A stretch of DNA of 62,943 nt, filler included, from Octopus bimaculoides (Eukaryota): assembly GCF_001194135.2 (NCBI RefSeq). It is 5 parts of 4 records of this genome, joined end to end, with 100 filler letters (N's around TTAATTAATTAA, not from the genome) between each part and the next. Parts side by side here need not be neighbours in the genome. Positions count along the whole stretch, not along the records: positions 13,071 to 20,580 come from NC_068984.1; positions 20,681 to 49,499 come from NC_068982.1; 3 more parts are not named here. One strand, written 5' to 3'. Within the stretch, counting starts at the first letter, position 1, and each line of letters starts with the position of its first letter. The translations under genes and the position numbers were made by a program. Shown here one piece after another: positions 14,200-26,340 of this stretch. The notes beneath the pieces were generated by a model that was not told where the DNA came from, did not search any database, and saw nothing but the letters and a program-made list of their open reading frames with translations.

Positions 14200-14590
14200 A
14201 TGCTTGCTTCCCAACCACATGGTTCCGGGCTCAGTCCTACTGCGTGGCACCTTGGGCAAGTGTCTTCTAGTATAACCTCGGACCGACCAATCTTGTGAGC
14301 AGATTTGGTAGACGGAAACTGAAAGAAGCCTGTCGGACAAATATGTATATATCTTTGGGTGTGTATCTTTGTGTCTGTGTTTGTCCTCTCATCACCGCTC
14401 GACAGCTGGTGTCGGTGTGTTTACGACTCCGTAACTTAGCGGTTCATCAAGAGACTGAAAGAATAAGTACTATGCTTTAAAAAAGTCCTGGGATCAATTT
14501 GTTTGACTAAAATTTGACTAAAACCCCTGAAAGCAGCGCTCCAGCATGGCCGCAATCAAATGACTGAAACAAGTTAAAGAGTAAAAAAGA
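14200..14590 (+). mobile_element. SINE family B, near full length
   Basis: Head cttgcttcccaaccacatggttccgggctcagtcc (B-box-like), core, and tail gctccagcatggccgcaatcaaatgactgaaacaag. Confidence 0.9.
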
Positions 14591-14742
14591 AAAAAAAAGA
14601 AAAGAAAAGGAATAATTCAAAATGAAACGCTTTTGGGGAATCGTATATAAAGGAGTGAAGGAAGACGTTATGTCTCGTCACTTGATTTTTTTCCCCACAC
14701 ACCATGCTTGTGCGTTTATGCTAAATAAATAATAATTCTTAC

Positions 14743-14973
14743 CGGTTGAAGTAAGCCACAGAGGAAACGGCAGACAAGTAGAAAGGAATAGTTGGGTGAG
14801 ACCAATACCATGAAATTGACGGCCAGAGATCCAATCCGAGCTCCGACGTAAACTGGTTTTCTTCCATATTTATCTGCTAAAGATGGGAACAGAGCGGCCC
14901 CTATCATCATGCCAACATGAAACACAGTAGTGACTAGTTTACCGAATTCTTCTTGGTCGCATACCAGATCCCA
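14743..14973 (-). CDS. SLC22: Internal exon of an SLC22-family (MFS) organic cation/anion transporter
   Basis: Acceptor ttttattag, donor GTAAGA, phase 0-0, 231 nt: WDLVCDQEEFGKLVTTVFHVGMMIGAALFPSLADKYGRKPVY...VCRFLCGLLQP. Contains the SLC22 WDLVC and MFS G-x3-D-x2-GRK motifs. Confidence 0.92.
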
Positions 14974-15061
14974 CTAATAAAATAGAAAATTATTACATAT
15001 AATGAATATAAAAATTAGTTATGTGTTGTGTGTGTGCATGAATGCATGCATGCATGCATCC

Positions 15062-15104
<43 letters not shown>

Positions 15105-15307
15105 GATCGCGATCGATCTATTTATCTATCTACCTCTTCAGTTGTATGCTTTAATACAGTACACTTTACCAGATATTTCAGACTCAGTGTTTAGACCAAC
15201 ATTTTTATCTTATATCTGTGTTGCGTTGTAATCATATTATCAAATAAGAGATAAGCTAGATTGTTATAAATTATAAACGCGGGCCACATAGTATTTGAAT
15301 ACTAACG

Positions 15308-15450
15308 AAAACCAGTTATTGATATTTCGAATGCATTTAATGTAGTTCGCTTGTAATGACTGAAGAGGTAATTTATATGAGTAACAATTTGTTACATAAC
15401 CACTTGAAACATGCGTAGTAAATGCATTCGAAATATCAGTAATTGGTTTT
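15308..15450. mobile_element. Small MITE with about 32-bp TIRs
   Basis: aaaaccagttattgatatttcgaatgcattta versus taaatgcattcgaaatatcagtaattggtttt. Confidence 0.6.
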
Positions 15451-15452
15451 TG

Positions 15453-15493
<41 letters not shown>

Positions 15494-15667
15494 CTTTATT
15501 GATCATACTAACAAATGTCCTTATACATCGCTGGTCGCAATGTGTTTCTATCCTCTTCATAGCGCCCTTCTTTTCCATTTCGACTCGAATTGTTTAACTG
15601 TGTCAAAATACACACACACATATATGATTTTCTACGTACGTACCTACCTACGTACCTACCTACCTAC

Positions 15668-15723
<56 letters not shown>

Positions 15724-16054
15724 GTCTCTGTTTATGCAATCAGTACATGTTTAACACGGTCTCTAGATTGCCTTGTGCATAAGCTTTGGGAGTAACAAAG
15801 ATCAGTCATCTTTGTAATATCTAATATTTAATAAAACAATATGACAGTCCATAAAGTAATTCCTTTACGACATAGGTATATTAATTGCAAACATAAATAC
15901 AAGGTGGACCAAAATCCATGCACGAAATAAGTTCAATACACTCCAGAATTATCAAACACAGGCTTTAATTTTTCTAAAATTGAATAAAATAGATAAAATA
16001 ATGATGATTACACAAATATTTGTACATGAAGAACAAAATGAATAATTATCCTTT

Positions 16055-16440
16055 CTACTAAAGGAACAAGACCTGAAATTTTTTGGGGAGGGGACTAGTT
16101 AATTCGACCCCAGTGTTTCACTGGTGCTTATTTTATCGACCTCGAAAGGATGAACGGTAAAGTCGACGGAATTTGAACTCAGAACGTAAAGACGGACGAA
16201 ATACCTATTTCTTTACTGCCCACAAGGGGTTATACACAGAGGGGACAAACAAGGACAGACAAACAGATTAAGTCGATTATATCGACCCCAGTGCGTAACT
16301 GGTACTTATTTAATCGACCCCGAAAGGATGAAAGGCAAAGTCGACCTCGGCGGAATTTGAACTCAGAACATAAAGACGGACGAAACACCGCTAAGCATTT
16401 TGCCCGGTGTGCCAACGATTCTGCCAGTTCATCGCCTTAC
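16055..16440 (-). mobile_element. Nested SINE A copies
   Basis: Two cores; the second copy's tail interrupts the first copy's head near 16206. Confidence 0.85.
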
Positions 16441-16521
16441 AAAAAAAAAAAGAACAAACAAACAAACAAAAACAAACAAATAAAAGTAAAGTGTTTTGGT
16501 GCGTGACTTTTGGCCCACCCT

Positions 16522-16712
16522 GTGGAGGCGCAATGGCCCAGTGGCTAGGGCAGCGGACTCGCGGTCATAGGATCGCGGTTTCAAAGGGCCAGCCTTGTCA
16601 CACTGTGTGACGCTGAATATCAGTCACTTGCACGTTAATTTCACGAGAAGGCTGTTTCGTTGATTGTATCAGCTGGAACCCTCGACGTCGTAAGCGACGG
16701 AGTGCCAACAAC
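16522..16712 (+). mobile_element. SINE C with internal deletion
   Basis: The head is joined directly to aaagggccagcc at a tttc microhomology; about 170 nt present in other copies are missing. Confidence 0.8.
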
Positions 16713-16762
16713 ATTACATTTGGCCCACTCAATATAATGAAATTTCGACCATAAAACTTTAC

Positions 16763-16968
16763 CTCTGAAATGAATGATTTATATTTGCCAGTAGAGTAGT
16801 TGTAACTGTTCACACACGTCATGGTATGTTCCACATCTGGTTTGTTTTCTTTTCTTACATTTATTTCACAATCTTGATAGTAGACTTTGATGTTGGTTTC
16901 TATTTCCCGCCGGAGTTCTATTAGCGTTTTATTGTCCAAATGTTGACATCTGTAATCGGGTTCGAAAC
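16763..16968 (-). CDS. SLC22: SLC22-family exon encoding the large extracellular loop
   Basis: Acceptor gcttttcag, donor GAG|GTAAAG, phase 1-0, 206 nt: (G)FEPDYRCQHLDNKT...QDCEI...TCVNSYNYSTGKYKSFISE. Splices in frame to WDLVCD, giving the conserved SE-WDLVC junction; loop cysteines and N-glycosylation sequons present. Confidence 0.9.
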
Positions 16969-17069
16969 CTGAAAAGCATATATTGACAAGCATTATATTT
17001 GATTGGAAATGAAAAAGTAAAGAAGGAAAAACTTATGGGTTTAAGACATAAATTATTGTTGCTATTATT

Positions 17070-17276
17070 ATGGCAAGCTGGCAAAAGCTTTAACACGCCG
17101 GGCAAAATGCTTCGCGGCATTTTGTCTTTCCTTATGCTCTGAGTTCAAATTCCACCAAAGTTGACTACGACCTTCATCCTTTCGGGGTCGATAAAATAAG
17201 AACCAGTTGAGTACTGGGGTCGATGTAATCAACTAGCCCTTTTCCCGAAGTTTCAGGCATTGTGTCTACAGTAGAA

Positions 17277-17285
<9 letters not shown>
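17070..17285 (+). mobile_element. SINE family A
   Basis: ggcaagctggcaaaagctttaacacgccgggcaaaatgc...gagttcaaattcc head, core, and tail ttcaggcattgtgtctacagtagaa followed by (ATT)n. Confidence 0.85.
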
Positions 17286-17318
<33 letters not shown>

Positions 17319-17656
17319 GAGTGAAAGAGCAGTGCATGCCATCAAAGTGACACTGGGGTAAAATATACGAAGTCCATTATACCCATCATGACTAACCGTC
17401 CGATAAGGGTACACCAGGCACATGCATCACAACCATATATGCGCGGCATGGTGATTTCATATCAAGATAAACAGCGCGTGACCTCGCAGGTGGGGCCCAG
17501 TTATAATTTTCTTCATGTCGAGTAGCCCATGCTGTTCAAAAGGTCCCTGAATAAGGTTTGTTTAAGGATGTTGAGCAAAACACCCATGTTTCCAAAGGTG
17601 GATTATTAAAACCCCAAAGAATTCCTCTCAACACATGGCTATGATGCTCCCCCACT
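17280..17656 (-). mobile_element. Unclassified retroposon ending in an (AAT)n tail
   Basis: Non-coding, moderately GC-rich block terminating in a (TAA)n tract on the minus strand; the 5' end is in a gap. Confidence 0.45.
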
Positions 17657-17749
17657 NNNNNNNNNNNNNNNNNNNNNNNNNNNNNNNNNNNNNNNNNNNN
17701 NNNNNNNNNNNNNNNNNNNNNNNNNNNNNNNNNNNNNNNNNNNNNNNNN

Positions 17750-17781
<32 letters not shown>

Positions 17782-18391
17782 CAAGGCGGCGAATTGGCAG
17801 AATCATTAGTACGCCAGATACAATCGTTTGAAGAGAAGAATTAGCAAAGTAATCGTTACCAAAGTGCTAACGGCGAAAATGGTACTCGGTCTTTTCTTCG
17901 ACGTAAAAAAAAAAACACGAAGATTTCGTTGTCAGAGCTAAGGAATGAAAACCTTTCTATTGGCGCTGCTGATAGAAGCACGACATGACAAAAAACCCAC
18001 AATTAGGTTTTTGACAGGTCACGGAGGGCGCTTGCTAATCGATTCCAAGCAGAAGTATGTAGTTTTTATTTGGTAGCACTTTGCCCGAGTGTTTGGGAAT
18101 AATGGCAGATCGAAGACGGCCTTCAGCACCAGATATTGTTGATGGTGAATGGTTGTACAAAGAGCAAAATGGATCAAACGAAGAACAACATTGGGTATTT
18201 GACATCTGGAATAATGTCAGGCACTCGGAACTCCACCAGTCGAGCATGGTGATTAAAGTTACATCAACCTTTGCAATATAGGAAAATGATAATGATATTT
18301 GAACTCAGAAATCTATGGTATGGAGCATTCAAATAAGAACACAACGCCCTCTAAATGTCTAGTTCGTAAAATTCCGAATAATCAGTAAAAG

Positions 18392-18408
18392 AAAAAAAAA
18401 TTGGAAAA
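18392..18408 (-). terminator. Pol III terminator of tRNA-Leu
   Basis: TTTT 5 nt after the tRNA 3' end, followed by a longer T run on the minus strand. Confidence 0.8.
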
Positions 18409-18413
18409 GTACT

Positions 18414-18497
18414 TGTCAGAAGTGGGATTCGAACCCACGCCGGGAAGACCCGACTGCGACCTGAACGCAGCGCCTTAGACCGCTCGGCCATCCTGAC
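18414..18497 (-). tRNA. trnL-CAG: tRNA-Leu, anticodon CAG
   Basis: GTCAGGATGGCCGAGCGGTCTAAGGCGCTGCGTTCAGGTCGCAGTCGGGTCTTCCCGGCGTGGGTTCGAATCCCACTTCTGACA: intact cloverleaf, A and B boxes, long variable arm, near-identical to the metazoan tRNA-Leu(CAG) consensus. Confidence 0.97.
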
Positions 18498-18617
18498 TGA
18501 CTGCTCTATTAACTATTTACTTTGACATATAACAAATTGATTCAGTGTGTAAGCGTGTATGTATTTGTTTTTCATTGTTTCTTTATCTCTTTGATTCTAC
18601 TTCTCTTTCATTTCATT

Positions 18618-18661
<44 letters not shown>

Positions 18662-20199
18662 TTCCTTGATGTGGTGCATTCGCTTGTGTACCTCAANNNN
18701 NNNNNNCTTTCTTTTCCTTGATGTGGTGCATTCGCTTGTGTACCTCAATTATCCTTGAGAGCTCATCTAGCAGAACACAAGCTCCTGCTAGTAGAGCCTC
18801 TAATTTCGGACAAGTCAAAAGAGAGAGGCCAAAGTACTACGGACCACTTCTTCCCAGAAGTAGAAAAAAATATTTGTATTGGGACCAACACCCCTACCTA
18901 TACCCCACCCCCAAATAAAAAAAAAACTCAAAAAGACCAAAGTTACTGAAGTATCGATAACGATTCAAAACCAATAAAATCTGCAAGAGGGAGGCCTTCT
19001 TCCATGGAAATATTCGCGAAGCTGAAACAACAGGGATAGAAAATACAGCCCAGAGTAGAGAACAGTCGAGCAAAGTCCTCAACGGTCTATGCTCCATTTC
19101 GAGCGAAGGGCTTAAGTAAATATTTAGTAAGAATGATTTCAAATGTTGGCACGAGGCCAGCAATTTCGGGGCAGGAGTTAATCGATTACATCTACCCCAG
19201 TGTTCAACTGGTACTTATTTCATCGGCCCCGAAAGGATAAAAGGCAAAATCGACCTCGGCGGAATTTGAACTCAGAATGTAAAGGTACACAAAATGCTGC
19301 TTAGCATTTTGTCTGGTGTGCTAACAATTCTGGTAGCTCACCATCTTAATAATAATAATCCTTTCTACTATAGGTATAAGGCCTGAAATTTGCCGGGAGG
19401 GGCTAAGTCGATTATATCCTCAGCGAAATTTGAACCCGGAACGTAAAAACAAAAGAAATGTTGCTAAGCATTTCGCCCAGCGTGCAAAGGATTTTGCCAG
19501 TTCGCCGCCTGAATAGTTTGTAATAAAACATGTATATGTGTGAATATTGTTATGAAGTTTATTGGCGGACCTGGTCAGCTCTACGCATGATCACGCCTCT
19601 GGGACCATTAACTTGGATTGACCCAAGCCCCATCAAGCAAGAGCATGAAGCCAGAAGCCAAGAGGTCTATTGGTGCCAAATGAGTTTTCAAAACCAGTTA
19701 AATTATTAAAGTTCTTTTTTTTCTCCGTCTTTTTGTTTTGTATTATTAACCTAATTTGGGGTTCTTTTTCTTTTTTCTTTTTTTTTTTCAATCTCTGCTA
19801 ATCTTTTATGTTTTACATTTTTCTTACTAGTTTCAGTCATTGGACTGCAGTCATGCTGAGGGCACCCCTTGAAGTGTTTAGTCGAATAAATTGACTTTAG
19901 CACTTATTTTTTAAAAATCTGGTACGTATTCTATCGTCTCTTTTGGTGAACTTCTAAGTTACGGAGGTGTAAACAAACACACACTGGTTTCAAGCAATGA
20001 GGGAACGGAGATGGGGGAGGACATAGACATAAAGGTACACACACACACACACACACAATACACGCACGTGCGCACGCACGCACACATACACGCATATATA
20101 TGATATATACGACCTCAGAAGGAAAGAAGGCGAAGTTGACCTTTGCGGAATTTGAACTCAGAATGTAATGAGCCAGAATAAATGCTGCAAAGTATCTTT

Positions 20200-20330
20200 T
20201 CCGAGTTTTGAGGGAATAATACCAAAAGGCACTCTTAAGTACCGTACTCAAATATCAGGAAGCCTAAAAGTTTCAGAACTACGAAAAATTATTCTCATGG
20301 ATACATCACTCATTTTAAAGAAAAAAAAAA
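20200..20330 (+). mobile_element. REL-type LINE C-terminal remnant
   Basis: GIIPKGTLKYRTQISGSLKVSELRKIILMDTSLILKK resembles the G-x-IPK...QKIVLLGTAHILRK terminus. Confidence 0.55.
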
Positions 20331-20526
20331 TCACCCACTTCAGCTCGAGGACACCTGAATCTTTTAAGCTCTTTCAAAATGACAGGCGTGGCTTCCCAAG
20401 CACATGGTTCCAGGTTCAGTCCCACTGCGTGGCACCTTGAGAATGTTCCTTCTACTATAGTTTCGGGCCGACCAAAGCCTTAAGAGTGGATTTGGCGGAC
20501 GGAAACTGAAAGAAACCCGTTGTGCG

Positions 20527-20580
<54 letters not shown>

Positions 20581-20680
20581 NNNNNNNNNNNNNNNNNNNN
20601 NNNNNNNNNNNNNNNNNNNNNNNNTTAATTAATTAANNNNNNNNNNNNNNNNNNNNNNNNNNNNNNNNNNNNNNNNNNNN

Positions 20681-20723
<43 letters not shown>

Positions 20724-20783
20724 CAAACAGGGGAAATAGAACTCAATGCATAGAGTGCATTATTTATTTCATCTTGTTTATAG

Positions 20784-20800
20784 CCAAGAGAAATTCAGAA
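20784..20800 (+). CDS. Candidate micro-exon (17 nt, PREIQK) of an unidentified gene
   Basis: ttcatcttgtttatag|CCAAGAGAAATTCAGAA|GTATGT; phase fits the next candidate. No homology recognised. Confidence 0.25.
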
Positions 20801-21104
20801 GTATGTCATCATATACAATCTAAAGTTTTAATGATCAGAGACTTCTTACATGAAATATAATATCATATCTTTTATAAAATACAAAAAGCTGTTAGGGACA
20901 CTCCAAACCTAAAAGTATCCACATCACATTTTTGAAGTAAGACACTTGAGTGATTATCTCTCTCTGATTTAGTAACCAACATAGCTATCGGTCTTACTTA
21001 CACTCCTAGTTTCAGCCACAGTGAATATACCTTATAAAGAAAATTGATGATGAAAAATACAATGCTGTTTGGACAAAGTGCTAAATATGTCACACATCAT
21101 CATC

Positions 21105-21300
21105 ATCATCATCATCATCATCGTTTAACGTCCGCTTTCCATGCTAGCATGGGTTGGACGATTTGCTCTTCCTAACACCAACCACTTAAAGAGTGTAATG
21201 GGTGCTTTTTACATGCCACCAGTACAGGTGCCATTTACATGACACTGGCAAAGGCCACAGCTATGATTTCACTTGACTTGATGAGTCTTCTCAAACACTA
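21105..21300 (-). mobile_element. RTE LINE 3' tail ending in (GAT)n
   Basis: Reverse complement of ccaacccatgctagcatggaaagcggacgttaaacgatgatgat; family identity from the ORF-linked copy at 58765-59700. Confidence 0.8.
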
Positions 21301-21714
21301 CATATCCTTTCTACTATAGGCACAAGGCCTGAAATTTTTGGGAGGGGGATAGTTGATTACATCGACCCAGTACTCAACTGGTACTTGATTTATCAACCCC
21401 AAAAGGATGAAAGGCATAGTTAACCTCAGTGGAATTTGAACTCAAAATGTAACAGCAGACAAAATACCGCTAAGCATTTCGCCTGGTATGCTAACATTTC
21501 TGCCAGCTCAATATCACCAAAGGTCTTGGTAACTAGTCATTGTCTCCATGAGGCCCAGTTACGTTTTGCTCAGGAGCACCACACTGTTTATAGTAAGGTA
21601 TAAATCTATGTCTATGTGGTCAGTAGTGCAGCAGCTCCACCTCATGGTCATTTACTTATGTCACATACATTTAAAAAAGAAAAAAAAAAGAAACAAACAA
21701 AACAAAGTAATCTT

Positions 21715-22090
21715 TATCCTTTACTTGTTTCAGTTACTGGACAATGTCCATAATGGGGCACTGCCTTGAAGGGTTTGTCGAACAAACTGACCATGCTACT
21801 TAGGTTTTGCTAAACTGCTAAGTTACGGGGATGCAAACAAACCAACACCTGTTGTCAAGTGGTGATGGGCTGACAAATACAGATACTAGAACATACACAC
21901 ACACATTCACACAAATACATGTGTATGATGGGCTTCCATACAGTTTCCGTCTACCACAATCACTCATTCACTTACAAGACATTGGTGAGCCGGAGCTATA
22001 GCAGAAGACTCTTGCTTGAGGTTCCACGCAGTAGGACTGAACCTGAAACCACATGGCTCGCAAAGCAAGCTTCCTAATTACATAACCATG
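21715..22090 (-). mobile_element. SINE family B, CpG-decayed
   Basis: Full head-core-tail layout with many TpG/CpA changes. Confidence 0.8.
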
Positions 22091-22147
22091 CATCTCTCCT
22101 AATTTAGTAGAAGAAATATTTAACATAATATCATTGTTGTTGTTGTT

Positions 22148-22523
22148 GCACTCCGTCGCTTACAACGTCGAGGGTTCCAGTTGATCTGATCAACGGAACA
22201 GCCTGCTTGTGAAATTAACGTGCAAGTGGTTGAGCACTCCACAGACACGTGTACCCTTAACGTAGTTCTCGGGGATATTCAGCGTGACACAGTGTGACAA
22301 GGCTGACCCTTTGAATTACATGCACAACAGAAACAGGAAGTAAGAGTGAGAGAAAGTTGTGGTGAAAGAGTACAGCAGGGTTCGCCACCATCCCCTGCTG
22401 GAACCTCGTGGAACTTAAGGTGTTTTCGCTCAATAAAACTCACAACGCCCGGTCTGGGAATCGAAACCGCGATCCTATGACCGCGAGTCTGCTGCCCAAA
22501 CCACTGGGCCATTGCACCTCCAC
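22148..22523 (-). mobile_element. SINE family C, full length
   Basis: Head gtggaggtgcaatggcccagtggtttgggcagcagactcgcggtcataggatcgcggtttcgattccc (A and B boxes) plus conserved body. Confidence 0.9.
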
Positions 22524-23352
22524 AACATAATATCAACATAATATTAACCAACAAATTAAGAAACAGGAAATTTTACTCTAGTTGATTGGTATCTGATTGT
22601 GTTTTGCACTACTAACAACTGTAGCCACCAATAATTGAAAAAAAACTGTGTTGCCATATACCTATGTGTGTAAACATATTTCTATCGATTTTGCTTTCGG
22701 TATCACTTCCTTTCTCTTTTTTTTTTTTATATTTATCATAGCTCATCCAATATATGACATATAATATACATGGATTGTGTTTTTTGTTTTTGTTACCAAA
22801 TAACTGGCTAATAAAGGAACATTTCCCTAAGCACTAACCTCTCCCTACACCACAAAGAACCCCAAGGTTTTATTATCATTTAGTAATAATGCATTAACAA
22901 ATTAAGTTTTTTTAGCTTCAGTAGTTTTTGAGATACCAAAGCCAATGTTTAAGCAATCAATCAAGAAAAAATAATTGGATAAAACTAAGGCACCAAAATT
23001 TTTTTTGTTGAATGACAGGACAAAAATAGCAAGGAACACTGTTTGCATGAAAAACATAGTTAAGTGGAGGTTAGCATACTTAATGTAACACCTCAAAAAA
23101 TATTTAATTAACAAAAAACTTCACTCATATATGAGTAGAAATATATATCATAAGCTTCAAGGATTAATTCCTAACAAGAAAGTCAAGGGAGACAATTCTG
23201 AAATATAAATTAATTAAAATCTAATCAGAATGAATAATTGAAGTTAATGATTTTTTTTTATTAATTAAACATGTTCTGGCTAATTACATTTACATTGTTA
23301 ATCTCCAGTTTACTATATAAGATTTTAGTAATTTTATTTGCTGGATTTTCAG

Positions 23353-23379
23353 GTCACTCATAAGTGCTACTGATAACAT
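23353..23379 (+). CDS. Candidate micro-exon (27 nt, SLISATDN)
   Basis: ggattttcag|GTCACTCATAAGTGCTACTGATAACAT|GTAAGT; only the phase-2 frame is open. Confidence 0.35.
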
Positions 23380-25964
23380 GTAAGTTCAGTAACATGTGTT
23401 GCTAGGTTGGGTTTTTGGCAAATAAAACAGTTTTGCCTGGTGAAGAGGGTTACTATAAACCCAGCAGGACTAAAAACAATACTTGTCGAAAGAATGGATG
23501 ACCCCAATGTAAAGCTAATGACTATGTAACAATATCAGGGAGACTTAGTAATTTGAACCTAGCATGCAGTAATCACAGGAAGTTAGGCACTTATTAGTTT
23601 GTCTATAGGAGAAGGAACTACTGTGTCCATGATTATGCCAACAGTATATGTGGGTGTGTGATCTGGCATCGACAGCTTTGGAAGACTGCCAGACTAGAAA
23701 GGCAACTCTGAGTATAAAACCTCTCTGTTTGTGAATCCCTGTGAAGAGGTGAAAGTTAAGGGAGATAAACTTGATAGTAAATTAGGTTGGAAGAGAACTC
23801 AAGGCCCACACACTCTATTCATCCTGAAGAGAGCATGGAGATGCAATGAAATAGTCACGTCTGAGGTTCATGACATAAGGATAGGAATACTCATTCTCAT
23901 ATGTTGGACAGGATGATAATGGTCATTGACTTTGATGTCATCACCATCAAAGGGTTTTTGACATCTGGCATTTGCAAAATTTGGGCTAATAGTCTGTGAG
24001 GCATTCCTCTGAAGCAGGTAGGGTTCCTTTACAACTGAACGGACAGAAACAACATGAAATGAAGTGCATAACCCTTAGACACAATAAGCTATCAAGTCTG
24101 GGAATCGAAACTGCAACCTTATAATTATGAATCCAGCAGCCTGACTGCTAAGCCATGCACCTTGACATCATGATGGGAATAGTGCAAAAATCATTCTACT
24201 TAAAATTACAACAAAATTTTTTTTCAGATATCAATGAATTTCAAATTTTAACAAATAAAATAAATGATCTACAGTGATGCGGTCACTTGAAAATTTTTAC
24301 CGATACATCACATGCATTTTGTTTGTATTTTGTGACTGTAATAAAAATAAATGTCATATGAGTTTTGCTATGATAAATTCAAATATGTAAACTACTGAGA
24401 AGTGAAATTATGTACATTGTATGTGGGGCACTCAGCCATTTGTAGGTTAATTTCAAGAGCAGGCTATTCTCTTGACCAGATCTACTGGAATCTTTTTCAT
24501 CATAACTGACAGAGGGCCCAAAAGAATAGCCCTCTGAAGTGCAAGGAGATAACTAGTGTCCTGTACCTGAACTTCACATCCATCACACACATGTATACAC
24601 ACCCACAAAACCCTCTAGGACCCCACATATTTCAAATAAGAAAAGAATGACCGAAAACTATTTAATGGAAATACCTAAAATTTTGGATTATATTTGGAAC
24701 TGACCTGTCAAGGAATTTCATTCCAATAAGACATTACAGTTACTGTCAGCTGCCTGAGAACCATGCTCCTTTATTTGAGGCACATCACTATCTCTTTTCA
24801 TTCGACATCTTTTATTTCCAGCTATTTTTTGGGGATATGTTTGATCAAATTCCTGTTGATCTTCATCTGAACCTTCAAAAATTTGCAGTACCTCATCTGT
24901 TAAAAATGGTTTATGCCTTTTCTTTTTTTTGTTTTCTCTTTGGAAGTGTTTGGACGTTGGGAACTTTGTTGGTGGGGCTTCATCATCATCATCATCATCA
25001 TAATCATCATCATTGTTATCATAAACGTTGTCAGTGGTGTCAGTGTTGGTGCTATTGCTGCTGCTGCTTCTACTACTGCTTCTGCCACTGCTTCCACCAA
25101 TGCCTCCAACGCCTCTGCCACCTCTGTCGCCGCTGCCACCTCCACCACCACCACTGCCACCGCCACCACCGCCACCTTGGCAGAATTTGAACTCAGAACG
25201 TAATAACAGACAAAATACCGCTAAGCATTTCGCTGGGTGTACTAACGTTTCTGCCAGCTCACCGCCTTTCATTTTTTTTTTTTTTTGCATCAGGTCTGGA
25301 TAACTTTAGCAGCAAAGCTTCTTCATTTTCTGTCTATCAAATCCACTCACAATACTTTGGCTGGCTCAGGCTATAGTAGAAGACACTTGTCAAAGGTACC
25401 ATGCAATAGGACTGAACCAGAACCATGTGGGTGGGAAACAAACTTCTTAACCACAGAGCCATACGTGTGCATGGTCAGAAAATTGGAGTAAAACATAAAA
25501 AAAAAACACCTAATATAGCACCATCTGCTATCTGTGAGCAAACATTTGTAAACAAACTTACTCTGTACCAACAACCTAGTTTTTACCTTATTGAATGGTT
25601 TATTGTTAATTTAACTGGATTTTAACATGAGTTTAACCAATTCCTACAATAACCAATTTCTGCAATATCAGGAATTTGAATTAGCATCAAGTCTGAAATT
25701 CTTTCAAACCCAGAAATACAGCCTGAGGAAGTTAAAATTTTATGTTATATGTATTACAGGGTGATGTTTAATGCAAAAAGGTATTCCTATTAGAGAAGCA
25801 AATCTCATTTAACAGCTGTTCACTTCAAAGAGAAGGAGAATTCAGGATTAGCTACCTTCATGTTACAAAATTTATAATTCGTATTTCAAACTGACTTTGA
25901 ATCCCGAAAAAGATGGAACTAGTTGGCAGTCCCACAACTTCCTTGTTGTTTTATTACATTACTT

Positions 25965-26340
25965 TTATCTTTCACTTGTTTCAGTTATTAGCAGTGGCCA
26001 TGCTGGGGCACCACCTCGAAGAATTTTTAGTCAAATTAATTGACTCTGGTACTTAATATTTTTGCTAAGTCTGGTACTTATTCTATTGGTCTCTTTTGCT
26101 GAAGTGCTAAGTTACAAGGATATAAACACACCAACACCGGTTGTCAAGTGATGGTGGGGGAAAACTCACACACACACACATATGATGGGCTTCTTCCAGT
26201 TTCCATCTACCAGATCCACTCGCAAGGCTTTGGGCAGCCCAAAGTTATAGTAAAAGGCACTTGCTCATGGTGCCATGCAGTGGGACTGAACTCGGAATCA
26301 CGTGGTTAGGAAGCAAGCTTCTTACCACACAGCCATGCAT
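25965..26340 (-). mobile_element. SINE family B, CpG-decayed
   Basis: Head, core and tail recognisable on the minus strand. Confidence 0.8.

Noticed and set aside
18653-18746. Direct duplication of about 45 bp around a short N run
   Set aside because: Identical sequence on both sides of a tiny gap is typical of unmerged contig overlap.
18740-19130. Broken ORFs upstream of the tRNA as a tRNA-targeting Tx1/L1 element
   Set aside because: No diagnostic APE, RT or zinc-knuckle motif recognised; cannot support the call.
21002-21030. Minus-strand segment with a strong acceptor and GTAAGT donor (GIFTVAETRS or VYSLWLKLGV*)
   Set aside because: No phase fit to the SLC22 exon and no partner exons found. 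Kept as evidence that pseudo-exons arise by chance here (similar case at about 62160-62186).
24718-25290. 190-aa minus-strand ORF with Gly/Ser/Asp runs
   Set aside because: Composite of a SINE A head, trinucleotide repeats and an acidic stretch only vaguely like a piggyBac N-terminus; no catalytic motifs or TIR.
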